A stretch of DNA of 59,136 bases, counting the filler, from Sphacelaria rigidula (lineage: Eukaryota), in NCBI GenBank assembly GCA_964200075.2. It is 10 parts of 10 records of this genome, joined end to end, with 100 filler letters (N's around TTAATTAATTAA, not from the genome) between each part and the next. Parts side by side here need not be neighbours in the genome. Positions count along the whole stretch, not along the records: positions 35,545 to 41,367 come from CAXNAA020024184.1; positions 41,468 to 47,290 come from CAXNAA020024185.1; positions 47,391 to 53,213 come from CAXNAA020024186.1; 7 more parts are not named here. One strand, written 5' to 3'. Every line of letters begins with the position of its first letter. Positions within the stretch are counted from its first letter, which is position 1. This document shows, piece after piece, positions 37,730 to 50,099 of this stretch. Under the pieces are notes generated by a model, which was given only the letters and a program-made list of their open reading frames with translations, did not search any database and was not told the origin of the DNA. The translations under genes were made by a program, and so were the position numbers.

Positions 37730-38555
37730 CCAAATTCCACCATGGGCCCGTTTAGGAACCCGCTGTAATCAAAGAAGTGAGCGATGTCTTACTGGAGTAC
37801 CAAGATCGATTTCCTCGATCCAAGACGGATATTGGGTATTGCAAAACGCTGCCCTTCGAGATTACACTTTAACCTGGCGTTTCGCCAATGTCTTCTCGAC
37901 CATATCGGACAAACCCAATCCTTACTAAAAGCCAATGCCATCTTAGATGCATACTTAGGAGCCGGTATAATACGACACTTCTCCTCTCCATGGGCCTCAC
38001 CCCTCGTGGTAGTCCCCCGAAATGATGGAAACATACGCATCACCGCAAACTATAAACGGCTGAATCGCGTCTCTGTCGTGGGGGATACCCCGACCCCTCA
38101 CATCATGAATACACCCTCACATCGATGAAGTCTTCGACTCCCTAGGTGAAGGGAAAATATTCAGTACCTTCGAACTCGCTTCTGGATTTTCCCAGAATAC
38201 CATCCACCCTGACACAGTTCCACTGACAGCGTCCTGCACATCCTTCGGGCTCTACAAATGGCTCCGTATGCCACAAGGCGCCGCCACTGCACCAGGTTGT
38301 TCCCAACGCTTAATGGAACACGTCACAGATGGGCTCGAGCACGTCGCCATGTACGCTCACCTATTGCGCATGTGGGCACTTTACGCGAGTTTCTCTCTCG
38401 CCTGCGGACGCACGATTTGAAACTCCCGCCGTCCAAAGCTCGTCCTGGCGCGGCTCAATTGGATTTTCTGAGACACTCAATTTCCCCAGCGGGCCTACAC
38501 CCGGATACCAACGAAGTCACGGCGATGACTGAAATGCGGATGCATACCAACATTT
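37730..38555 (+). mobile_element. Ty3/gypsy reverse transcriptase fragment (pseudogenised)
   Basis: SKTDIGYC, SSRPYRTNP, SSPWASPLVVVPRNDGNIRITANYKRLN, FSTFELASGFSQ, FGLYKWLRMPQG, LKLPPSKA..LDFLRHSIS; YxDD motif deleted; several frameshifts. Confidence 0.92.
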
Positions 38556-38799
38556 CAAGGGCAGGTCGAGTAGAGTATACTCAATACTCAATATTTTTGA
38601 AGAATCATACCTTTAGTACTCAAATTTATAGCAGAGTATTTGAGGCCGTACTCTACCCAAAGTTGAGCAGAATAGTTGAGGTCATACTCAATCTACCCAA
38701 AATTTGAGTAGAGTATTGACATCATACCCGGGTAATACTCTATTGATTGATTGATTGATTGATCATCTCACATTAGCTGATTGCAACAATCCAGCCCGT

Positions 38800-39050
38800 G
38801 GTCAGGAGCAGCGAAAAACAAAACAGAGTAAAAAGAAAGAAAGAAAGAAACAGGAAAAAGCAGAAGTAGCAAGCACAAAAAGGAAAGAGGAAATAAAGCA
38901 GCGACAACAACAACAACACAGACAACAACACCGACAACAGCAGCAACAGTAACAGCAGCAACAGCAACAGTAACAGCAGCAATAACAACAGCAACAACAA
39001 CCACACACAGAGACACAAACAAAACACAAACACAGACAACACAACAAGAT
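38800..39050. repeat. Low-complexity A-rich and (CAA/CAG/TAA)n microsatellite tract
   Basis: Runs of CAACAA and CAGCAACAGTAA. Confidence 0.9.
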
Positions 39051-39062
39051 GATTATCTCGCA

Positions 39063-41169
39063 TTACGTCGTAGTCGAATTTACTCGCAGCAGAAACCAAC
39101 TCCACTTTGTGAAATTGGAATTCTGAGATTCTAGTGAGAGGCGTTGAAGCACTTCGTCAGGAGGATCGTAAGTTGGCCAAGTAGGGTTCATAGTGTGAAC
39201 ATGTGATGGAGATGAAGAGGGCAGGTCGAAATAAGGCTCATCGACGCAATTGACGGAACGGTCAATCGGAGGCGCAAGATTGGGCACCGACGGTTCAGTG
39301 ACAAATGTCTCGAGCGGAATGTGCGTTAGGGGAGCAGCAGCGATGCCCAAAACATCACCGGGTTCCAAGTTAGCATGACCCGTGAGGGGTATAGAAGTAG
39401 TTTTCCTGCTGAGACATAATGCTCGGTGCCTGAAGGCGCACCAACCCAAGGGAGCATTTTGGCAAGATAATATCCCTTCAGGGCTGGCATACCATTTCGG
39501 TGAGTTCACGAGTGCAACTTCTAGCAGTTGAGGATCACCGGAGAGGGTAAAACCAGTGCTACCATCGTATCGTAGGTGGGATTTAGCTCCGGTAGCTTGA
39601 ACATTTCTTCGGTAGGCCAAGGCACCGTGAAGAGTACCGAAGTGTTCGAGTTTTAGTTCTCCACAAGGCGCGGCTTGTGGTGATAATGGTGGTAGCGTGT
39701 GGTAGGTTCGTGGATCAAACCGCATGTAACCATCTCTGCCCACTAGCAGCATGGCGTGATTCATCGTGCTGTCGGGAACAATATATGCCCAAACTGCAAC
39801 GCTGGCGAAACACACTGAGACGTACTGATCTCCGTGTCGTCAAAGGTGCGGTGGAGTCACCAAAATCGCCCCGTACACGGGGCTAGGTGGTGGTTTCACA
39901 AACTCCTGAGGCAGCGCCGATCTGTTTCGTGTGTTCCCACATTGATTCGCGAATAATTAATGTTTCTCGACTGCCGCTATCCAACAGAGATACACATTTG
40001 GTAGGCGTGGTGGCGTATGGGCCACAGTTAAGATGCTACACGAGTTGTAAAAGTGGCAGGGTCGACGGGCACTTTATCACCGACAAGATCCGGACCATGT
40101 TCAGCTCAGGTGAATTGATCGCGGTCAGTGGAATCGACGGGGAAAACGGACAGCGGGTGATTCGCCGGTGGATCAAACTTCTCACCAGAAGATATGGTGG
40201 ATGGCATGTGTGATCCCTAGGTGTAGCACAGCTCGACTGGTCATCAACAATTTCATTCGACTGGGCATTATCAACTTCATAGACGACCGTCTTGGGAAGA
40301 CAGGGACCATCGTCCGAAGCAGATCCAAACTGTCCGATGCTAGAGTTGTCAATTGAGGAGGCAGAAACATCAGAAATACCCTACTTACATTTTTCTGTGA
40401 TGCCTGATAAAGCCATCGAGCTCAAAGTCGTCGCATTTTGGAGAGAATAAGGTCGCGGTGTTCCGCTCGAGAAAGGTGTATGTGTTGATGCGCCGGCGTC
40501 CTTGGGGTATGTTCACGGGGATTGCTCTCTCGTCGTGACAAAGGGGAGGGAACTTCCAAAGTGTTTTGATGAACAACAACTGCGTCCAGTTGAGGAAATG
40601 GGGTCAGCATTGGGGCATGGTTTGGGCAAAGCCTGTGAATTTTCCGCTGGCCAGCTTGGCTGAGGAGTCATAACCAAGTGTGAAGTGAGGCGGTTGTTTT
40701 GAGAACTATGCAGGGGTAGCTTCGCGCGGTGCAATGAACTCCAAGAGCGAGCTCGATCGAGCTGGGTTGATGTTGCATAACCCGAAGTGGTCAATTTTAG
40801 AGCAGACACGCTTGAACCAGTCGAGTGAACTACACTACTACCTGTGCGTGTGGTCGCTGAGGGAAGCCCTTGCTTCAGTGACGGGCGGTTGATGTTCCCA
40901 CACCTTAGATGTACACTCAGTTCCGGAGGAACAAGTCCAGACCCGAGCGTAGAGCTGAGTTGTGGTGTGAGTCAACGCAACTTTTACGCTGTGTGCGGAG
41001 GGATGAAAGCGGGGGGTCGATATGAACGGCCGTCATTTGTACTCCTGCATGGTGCCGAGGAAACTGAGCGAGAACGCTTTGTCACTTGTTTCGCGGGCGG
41101 TGTTGACATGGTCTTCGTGTGTGCTGTCGGCGGCGCCGAAGACTGAAAACGCCGGCGTCGGTACGTCAT
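39063..41169 (-). mobile_element. Ty3/gypsy gag-protease region (pseudogenised)
   Basis: Minus strand CVSLLDSGSRETLII (aspartic protease DSG motif, about 39955-40000), then AYIVPDSTMNHAMLLVGRD (protease C-terminal LLGRD-like motif) in a 250-codon open stretch; fragmented gag-like ORFs upstream to an ATG at 41169. Confidence 0.75.
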
Positions 41170-41367
41170 GGATCAGTGCGATCAGTCATAAATGAACCAG
41201 GGTTTCTGTCGTTTGGGTTCGAGTTATCATGATTCGGTCCCGTCCGCTGGTGTATATATTGGCTGCACAAAAGCTATGCGATGAGCATATGCAATATATA
41301 TTATCTTCTCTCTTCCTTTCTTTCGGTGTACACTTATGACAGATCTGGCGTTTGTTGTTTGTTGTTT

Positions 41368-41467
41368 NNNNNNNNNNNNNNNNNNNNNNNNNNNNNNNNN
41401 NNNNNNNNNNNTTAATTAATTAANNNNNNNNNNNNNNNNNNNNNNNNNNNNNNNNNNNNNNNNNNNN
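41368..41467. other. Artificial contig linker 7
   Basis: Same spacer. Confidence 0.98.
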
Positions 41468-41519
41468 TAGGTCGCTAGTGTTTCGCGTCTTCCCTGCAAA
41501 AGAAAAATTCCACTTCAAC

Positions 41520-42430
41520 CCCATATTTTGTATCAACCGCATTTTCTAGGATTCACTGTTAAAAGCTGTTCGAAATAATTCCCCGTTTTGCCCGTCAATT
41601 CATCCTGTAATTGGGCAAAGAAAGAACTCATTTGCGAGCAGCCTCTGCTGTTCAAGTCCCACATACTCTACCGTAATCAGCGGATGAAATTCGAAAGGCA
41701 GCAGAATTTGTTAAAAATTCATCCTCTTGCCCCCCAATTCATATGTCAATTGGGCAAAGAGATCGAATTTTTCAACATCCTCAACTGTATACAATCCCAC
41801 ACACAAATGTCCACATGGCCGCGCTGTACAGGTTTGGCTGGTGGGTATGGTGAGAAACGGTAATATACCTCGCTGTTGTATATATACAGGTGCTGAAAAA
41901 CCCGTAGTCCATGGTCTACGAAATAAAAAGCCAAAGCATTTTTTTCGAATATAAACCCGGAAAATTCTGATCGCGGTATATGGTGTACTTTGATGGCGAT
42001 ATATGACGATCACAACGATAAGCACGCGGTTCGGTGCTGTATACTGGACTGTACAATACCGTGCAGGACAGTACCATGTCGCTCTTATACACGTGCGGTG
42101 CAATATACTGCAGAGTTAGCTGCCATATGCGCTAAGTATGACGATACAAAGTGGATGTCGGTGACTTTGGGTACACGGGGTTGTTACACACCGTCAGCTG
42201 CTGCAGTATACATCACGATCCGCGTTCTTGCAGTATGCGTACAACTGCAGTCAGTAAGACGTGAAAGGGAAGAGGACAAAGTACAGTACAGACATTGCAG
42301 GACTATATATGTTTTCTGTTCACAGTGCGACGTGAAAATGACTTGAACAGCGTGCGCAGGTTTGTCTATGCCTGCACTGTCCGCGGGTGTGTATGCAATA
42401 CGCCGGTCATTTCCCGCACCGTACCCCGCG
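41520..42430 (+). repeat. Dispersed repeat family R3, second copy
   Basis: Colinear with 28290-29335. Confidence 0.8.
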
Positions 42431-42594
42431 TGGTTCCGCCGCCGCGCCTGTGCCCAACTCGTGCTCTTGGCTGCAGGGTTGTGATGGTAGCTGGGAATAT
42501 GTGCTGTGGGGTTTGCATGGTTTGATCTGTGAACGTGGCGGGTGATCCACATATATCTGGCGTGATGCTCCATGAAGTACCACAAGATTGCTGG

Positions 42595-42760
42595 GGTCCC
42601 AAAGGCGCCTTGAAGACAGTTAAGACACAAATGTCGTCAAGAGGTTTGATGTAGTGCGAACTCCGGAAGTAAATTTGCACACCGGAGAGTAACGTTTCCC
42701 CGAATTTTCCTAGAGGCACCCTCAGTAAAATTATGTGCTCTAGGGAATCACGTGCCCTCT
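42595..42760 (-). pseudogene. Possible pogo/Tc1-like (DDE_1) transposase fragment
   Basis: GVQIYFRSSHYIKPLDDICVLTVFKA resembles the pogo motif xxLPPNTSHxLQPLDxxxFxxxK. Confidence 0.4.
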
Positions 42761-43197
42761 GGCAGCTTCGTTTACTGTCCACTCCAGAGGCATCATGGAC
42801 CACCAGAGGGTATTTCAACCTCCGGGGCGCCATTTCCCTCGAGAGGATAAGAATCACGATAGAGGATTTTCAAACAGGAGCCGAATGCCCGCGTGTGTCT
42901 GCTTGGACCCATTATTATCGACACTGTTTTTTCGGAGATCCCTGAAATCTTTGGCGTTTTCAGATCCGACCCTCAGCAATCTCCGAAAATAAAGCGGCTT
43001 GAGTTTTGGGCAATCTACAAAAGAGGTTACACCCGGATGCTTGTGGAACAAGAGAGTATAACGCATTTTTCGCTTTGGGGCGCGGCGCTGTACGCGGGCT
43101 GAACACCTCGAAAACACATTCGAGCACCTCAGCCCCACGCCCAACATGTCTAGGCAACATGCTCGACCATTTTTTTTCATTTTCACAAGTGTTACCA

Positions 43198-44373
43198 GGC
43201 TGAACTACGGCGCCGAAAATGAGAGCCTGTGACAATTTCTTGTAAGTAACACGGGATCTTACAAATTGGGGATGGATCTTTTATTGGGGATGAGAAACCC
43301 GGAGAATGAAAATATTCGTATCCACACCACATCTTGGAAATATGATTCCATTATTTCACCTACTAGTAGCTATTGACAACTTCTACACGACATGGAAATT
43401 TGGATTTCGATTACCGACACGTTGGGGTCCTAGGTGAAAACAAATTGTTGAGGAATTCCGGGTGTCCGAACGGACGCCAAAATGGTTCCGAAATTGGTTT
43501 TTCACCTAGTATCCCCAACGTTTCGGTGATCGAGATCCAAATTTCTACGGCGTCTAGCAGTTGTCAATAACTATCAGTAGGTGAAGAAATGGAACCATAT
43601 TTCCAAGATTTGGTGTGGATACGAAGATTTTAATCCTCCGGGTTCCTCATCCCCAATAAAGGATGCACCCCCAATTTGTAAGATCCCGTGTTAAGTGTGT
43701 CATATTCATTGTCCATACCAAATTTTGGGGTCCAACTCTTAGACTTGAGGTTAGAATGGACCTGCAAACTACAAATCCCCTTCCAGGCTGGGCCAGGTCG
43801 TGGTGCTGCACGCTCTAAAATGGACATGGATACAACAGCGAGGATCGGAGAAGGACAATCGATTGTACAATCGTCGCCATCAGATTCAGGCGTTCTGCCT
43901 CCAATCCGCGATCCGGTCGGGGCCCATCTTTGTTTCCGAGCCGCGAATCGCAGATCCCGCAACGGTCTGATGTTGTCACCAGGTGACGCCGTTCGGGCGT
44001 GTCTGTGGCGGCAAGATCTTCACACATGCTCGTTGAACCTTTGTGAGCTCCGGCACACAAGCGCTCTGTATGAATCGTTGGATCTTCCGGGTCCTCGGGC
44101 CAACTAGCAGGGAGCTACACTCTCTCGGTCGTTGGGTTTCGACTTTTGTTTGTGAGGTGTACGTAATTTGAGCGAAAACGGCTATGGTTGTGACTTCTCG
44201 GCGTATCTTCTGCTGAGCTGGCGGTACGGTCACCACTTCACAAAGAAGGCTCAACAGATGAACAAAAAAGGGCAAGAGATTAACTACTAGCAGAGGCCAG
44301 GGTGTGCCCTCCTGGTTTGTTTACGAAGGAGGGTACTCTTATAGGCTCTCATTTTCGGCGCCGTAGTTCAGCC
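43198..44373. mobile_element. Non-autonomous TIR element (GGC termini, Harbinger-like) carrying a nested foldback
   Basis: 31-bp TIR GGCTGAACTACGGCGCCGAAAATGAGAGCCT at both ends; no clean TSD. Confidence 0.75.
43247..43693. mobile_element. Foldback MITE, almost fully palindromic (about 447 bp)
   Basis: TAACACGGGATCTTACAAATTGGGG ... CCCCAATTTGTAAGATCCCGTGTTA; the arms pair for about 200 bp. Confidence 0.9.
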
Positions 44374-44799
44374 TAGTCACATTTGCGGGTGAGGTGTACG
44401 CTTTGGGTCCGGTCAACCGGTCGAAGATACAGTAGAACAGCACCACCATATTTGCTGGCATTGGCATCCGCCAATGAGTACAGTACGGAACACAAACCGA
44501 GTGTTGAACGTTCTTATTTGAAAGCAACGGGCATAAAACTGTTTGCAGGTAGGAAAACGTGGATTTTCATACACGAGAAACTCTGTGTTCCACCGTGGGT
44601 GCTACATGCACTCCTGAAAACTCTGTCGTCCTTCTTTCATACCTGACGGGGGGACGGGGAAGCCGAAATTTCTCGGGTGAAAAGAGCCACTTCAATGGTC
44701 TGGACGTAGTTTCGAAAATCGAACTGTTTTGTTTGCGTACAGTAGCTATTCCGATTTTGGGTACATGATAACATGTTGTCTCCGTGCGTGGCCTCTCGG

Positions 44800-45395
44800 C
44801 ATACGCTCTGCAGACGGAAGTCAGTAGAGTAGAGCAACGAAAGCCTCAGATTGCAGCTGACGCACCCCTCTGCACTACGCTAGCAACAGTTAGGTCACCA
44901 CCATAGGTATATTTTTTCACTCCGCATGTCAAGGAGGTCTCCACAAGTTTTTGATCTCTCACACAACACCCCCCAACTGGCCTGTGGCAGGCTCTTGTGG
45001 TCGGGCGCCATGATGGTCAGATGTGTCACGGTAAAATCAACGATAAATAACACCCTCAAGTTCTAATTGGATCATCTGTTATTTTTACCGCAGCGCACCG
45101 TCCTTGCTGGCATGTGTGTGACAGAGAACAGTAGGAGCGGTGACGGGAACATTGCCCTGTTTTTCAGCGCACAGAGGCGCGTCCTGTCCAAAAAGAGAGG
45201 CAGAGATAAATCGATCTTCGCATTGATTACCTCCAGAGACGAAGAGACGAAATCTCTCCGCAGCTCGATGCTTTTTGGGGATACCTACCGACACATGAGG
45301 AACTCGGTACGTGCTGGTAACATGCATGATGCCAGTATCTCGAGCGATTGGTAATCGCCCAGCGAGAGCACACGAAGGGCACGGGCGAGGAGTTC
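44800..45395 (-). repeat. Dispersed repeat family R2, second copy
   Basis: Reverse complement of 11849-12410. Confidence 0.8.
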
Positions 45396-45867
45396 CCTCT
45401 CTGTTGTTGCTTCTCTCTCTGGTGATACCGCCATCGACACGCGTGTACACCGCAGTCGTTCGGTGCATTTAGCCTCAACCGATGATTCACAGTGGCAGAG
45501 GTTTGGGGGGAAATATGGTTTCGCTCTGTGTTACTGTTTCGCGTCGTCCCTGCAAAAAAGATATGACACTTGAACCTTATTTTTGAGATGGACCCCATTT
45601 TTCAGTATCCGCTGTTGAATTCGCATTCCGGTTGGACTACCTCGTACATTTGGATTTCTCCGATTCATGTAGGATGTCTGATGGTAGTAGTGACTTCACT
45701 CCTGCAGATACTCCTCCGCGATAAACTCGATTGTGAAACAGGTGCACCTCCAGTCGCTGAAAATGAGATTGTAAAGTGGGTCAGCAGAAGCGGCGACCCG
45801 CTAAAGGAAGTACACTCGCCACGACCCACGAGCTGGTGAGGCGGTAGTTGGCCGCCGAGCAGCTACG

Positions 45868-46303
45868 AGCCGATTATCGAGATTGAGGATGGAGCTTTTC
45901 ATTGACGATGAGAACTCGGAGGACTAAAATCTTCGTATCCACACCAAATCTTCGAAATACAATTCCATTTCTTCACCTACTGGTAGCCATTGACAATTGC
46001 CACACGCCCTCCAGATTTGGATATCGATAACCGAAATGTTGGGGTCCTAGATGAAGAAACTGTTTTGTGGAATTTAGGTGACCCGATCGGATCGCCGAAA
46101 TTCCCCGATATTGGTTTTTCACCCGGGACCCCGACATTTTGGTCATCGAAATCCAAATTTGTGTGACGTGTGGTAGTTGTCAACAGCTACCAGTAGGTGA
46201 AGGAATGGAAGCATATTCCGAAGATTCGGTGTGGATACGAAGATTTTCATCCTCCGGCTTCTCATCCTCAATGAAGAGCCCCATCCTCAATTTCGATGAT
46301 AAG
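45868..46303. mobile_element. Foldback MITE, diverged relative of 43247-43693
   Basis: ATCTTCGTATCCACACC ... GGTGTGGATACGAAGAT; long self-complementary arms with different outer ends. Confidence 0.85.
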
Positions 46304-47216
46304 CTATCAGCTGCCGATTTCTCCAGTATTTTACATCTCGATCGTTTCACAAGAACGTGGCAACTCGAAGAACAACAACATCGAAGCTTGAGACAGGCAA
46401 GTTGCGTACCATTAGTAACCATGAATCTCCGCATGCTAGAGAGACGGTTCGAAACCAATTTGGCGCGTTACCCTGCGCAGTCATTCGATTCGCGTTCTCC
46501 AGTTCATGCTAACGTCGAAATTTCGGCACATGTACGCCCCCACCATTCAAGCGACCTGGTTTGTACTGTAGCACCACTTTCATGTGCAACAGGTCCGTGA
46601 GTGTAAGCAGATCGTGCCCGAGAATATGACTTGATTTTGTGCACTTACACGTGCGACTCTCGCCGTTATACGGCCGAATACATTAACCCTCAGGCCGTGA
46701 CGCCCACTGTCGCAACAGTATCACTGGCTGACAATAGCGTGGGATAACTTATTCTGGGAGGGTTATTATTTGGCGTATGCGACTGGTGTGGGCTCAATGC
46801 CGAGCTTTGGCGGCGCCGTGATTATCCCTCGGGGCACAATGCCAACAGTCGCGCCGTTGAAAACCATATATCCGCAAGATGTGTGAAAAAAAACTTACAA
46901 GTTTTGTTGTTGGTGTGGTGTTGGTACTTATGATTGTCCCTCTGAAGGACACGGACGCTTATGGTACTTTAGTGCGCTGGTAAGATGTGCTTACACCTTG
47001 AACAAACGATTATGTAATAGAACATTGCCGCTGCAATAGCCCCGAGGATTTGACTGTCATTGTTCATTGTCAGCCATGGTCGACTGGCATCGCTGTCTAT
47101 CGATAGCTATTGTAGGCGACAATAGATTCGGGACAAGGGACAGAATGTATCATTGCCGTGACAATGGAGGGACCAAATTGTCTATCGATTCATTCATTTG
47201 TTGGACTAGACTCTGA

Positions 47217-47224
47217 ATTGCTGC

Positions 47225-47266
<42 letters not shown>

Positions 47267-47274
47267 CGTTGTTG
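47217..47274. repeat. (GTT)n microsatellite
   Basis: About 15 GTT/GCT units at the end of the contig. Confidence 0.95.
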
Positions 47275-47290
47275 CCTTCAGATTAAAAGC

Positions 47291-47390
47291 NNNNNNNNNN
47301 NNNNNNNNNNNNNNNNNNNNNNNNNNNNNNNNNNTTAATTAATTAANNNNNNNNNNNNNNNNNNNNNNNNNNNNNNNNNNNNNNNNNNNN
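47291..47390. other. Artificial contig linker 8
   Basis: Same spacer. Confidence 0.98.
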
Positions 47391-47417
47391 TTGCGGATGG
47401 GTGGTTGGCCGGGGCAA

Positions 47418-47453
47418 AGGGGGGGCGGGCGCCGGGGGCGGGGGGGGCGGGGG

Positions 47454-47498
<45 letters not shown>
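47418..47498. repeat. G-rich / poly-G tract
   Basis: More than 40 consecutive G near the start of the contig. Confidence 0.9.
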
Positions 47499-47499
<1 letters not shown>

Positions 47500-50099
47500 A
47501 GCTTTTAAAACAGGAGTATGCTTCGATTTTTTTTCTCGTAGAGAAGATGATGCCCGAGCTACCGACCGCGGGGCATAGCTGTGACTTTTTTTTGAAAGTG
47601 CGTTTTCCGTGCCGTTAACTTATCGACCCGTAGGCCGCAAACCCCCACAAGTTGCCTTAGAACACTCATGGCACATTTTGCGTTCAGCGCGATTCTTTTT
47701 CTCAAGACAAAACGCCTGTTTGTATGAACACGTGGGCGTTGAGTATCTGAATAGAAGTTGATGCTAGAGAATTCCTGGCCATCGTTGAGCCACAAGTCAA
47801 GAGCATGTACAACACCATCAACAGGTAGCCTTCGCTAAGCAGTTTTGGGTGGGTACATGCTTTTATGCCTCGCAGGTGGTGCACGCTGGCAGCCACTGGA
47901 GTACTGCTGCGATACATGCAAACGACATACATAGTGTGATAATACCTTCCTAATTGATTTCGCAGGCTCGGTACGTTTTCGAGGCAGAGCTGGCATTCCT
48001 CGACCATGTTTGGTCTTGTATGTGACATAGTGTCGATTTCTGCAGCACAATAGGGCCAGGTAGGACGCGGAGTTATGAACAGAACAATCATGACGTCCCA
48101 TGCTCATTTGTATAGAGCACCCATTGAACACATACATCGCGGCCAAGCCGTGAACGGCTATTTGGGAACCAACATATCCCAGGCCGGCGCGTTTTGAATC
48201 GATAGCTGGAAGGTTTGTTCCGAGCTACTGTACGGAACTGTCTGCACAAATTAATTTACAACACGCAACAGACGATGTGGTCAGTCCAGCCAGTCGGCTG
48301 TTTTACTAATGTCTCAATACAACCGACACCTTGGAGACCAAGCTTTGGGGCGGCAAAAAATGATGATTATCATCCCCTTTCACGTCAGACCAGGAGATGC
48401 GGAGCGGCCCTCAGATCAAAGCCACAGGTATCACGCCATCGCACATTGTCCATACCGAAACGGCGAGTTGCATTTGCGATCTCGGCTGTCAGAGGTATGA
48501 TTACCGCAGATGTGCCGCTGTTGGTGGTTGAGTGATGCCATGGAGCTGGCTGTGGAGCCAACCTCCATAATTTGTCTCATGCACGAGCTCAAAGAAAGAC
48601 GAGCGTACATGAGGGGTATAAGATCCGCGGGGTATCTGATTTCGAACAGATGCCTGAGATGCAGTTCTAGCCCCATCCATCAGATATAGAAGCGATAATG
48701 AGCGTTGTTGGGGTGCGATATGTTTCCCAAGCTTTCGGAAAATAATGACCGCTTGGGGCGTAGTAACAGCGGCGGTGTTGTCAGCAGACACAGCCCTGAA
48801 GGTCCTGCATAAACTGCTTCAGAAGGGGGTCTTCTGTCGCCCTCCTTGTCCTGTCGACAGCTACAAGCGCCGTGACAGTTCAACAGGCTCCGTGAACTTC
48901 CAAAGTATCCATCGACATACTGTTGTATTCATGATGATATCTACAGCACTAGGTATTTTTGAAAGGTCAACAGACATGTCGGGCGTAACCGTCTCAAAAT
49001 GTGGCTTCCAGATGTCTCCATGAGGACTCTGTTGAACACGCCTTTTTTTTGTGAGATGTATTTTTTTTTATCGCTATCGTTCTCTCGGGGTTACAACAAC
49101 AAAGTCCTCCAGGTGGGAGGGGATGACCTTTCACCGTTTGCTTTTAGGGTTGAGTAGGTGTTGCTCGAAGGGTTAAATTCAGCCTGGCCTCCAGGCGAGT
49201 GAGTGAAATCGGGCGACATGTAGGGCAATGTTATAGACAATTTCACTTGTCAGAACTATCAAACGGTCACTCTATCCCTCTTCAGGCCTATTGCTCGGCC
49301 TGGGCATTCTCTCGAAACACGGAAGGTTGATCTGGGAAGTTATTCCGACGCCCGCACGCCCGCCTGCTGGGAAAGCGTGGACAGCTTTGGACTCTTAGCC
49401 GACGATACTATTCCGACACGAAGCTAGAGATGAAAGAAATAGACGTGAAGAGATGTTCACGTCATGACTTTTATGTGCGAAACCAGTGACTACAAGGATC
49501 ACGTGACGATAATGAATCAACACCGATGGTGCCGTTCTCCCTCACAACACAACACACACTGGCCGAACCACACACGTCGCGCCGTCGTTCAATTGCAGTA
49601 CTACAAACTACAGACTGTAATCACCATAGGTGGCTATGCGCGAAAATTCCTCCGCTGGTCGGTCAAGGGTAGTTGCACAAAATAGCCCTGGACCCTTACC
49701 CTCTTCTCCACCTCCTGGCGGGCCAAAAAAAGTACCGAAGGTCATTTTTTTTCATCTTGAATTTGTCTTTTACTTGTGGACAAAATTGACGAGTGAACAG
49801 CTTGTTTTGGTGGCTCTATGGCAACAAGATGCAACACAGTGCGGTCGTTCGATCATGATAAAGCACGATGCATAACGGCATCTACGGCAGTGTGGCACAG
49901 TAAAAATGCTTTGCGAAGATGAATGCAGGGCGGGCCAGACCGAAAAATTGTTTCCATCGTAGCCATTGTATACAGTTATTGTATGACGCACCATGTGTCC
50001 AGTAGCGGCCCGTTCATGAGAAACTGAAAATCAGGCTCAGTCTGAATTTCTATTGTAATATGATGCAAAGGTGGATCACGACCTACCATATTAGACTTA

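Noticed and set aside
38768..39105. Poly-Leu, poly-Val and poly-Cys ORFs
   Set aside because: Translations of a CAA/CAG microsatellite
47391..47618. Gly/Arg-rich ORF or G-quadruplex locus
   Set aside because: A poly-G tract at a contig edge, likely low-quality sequence
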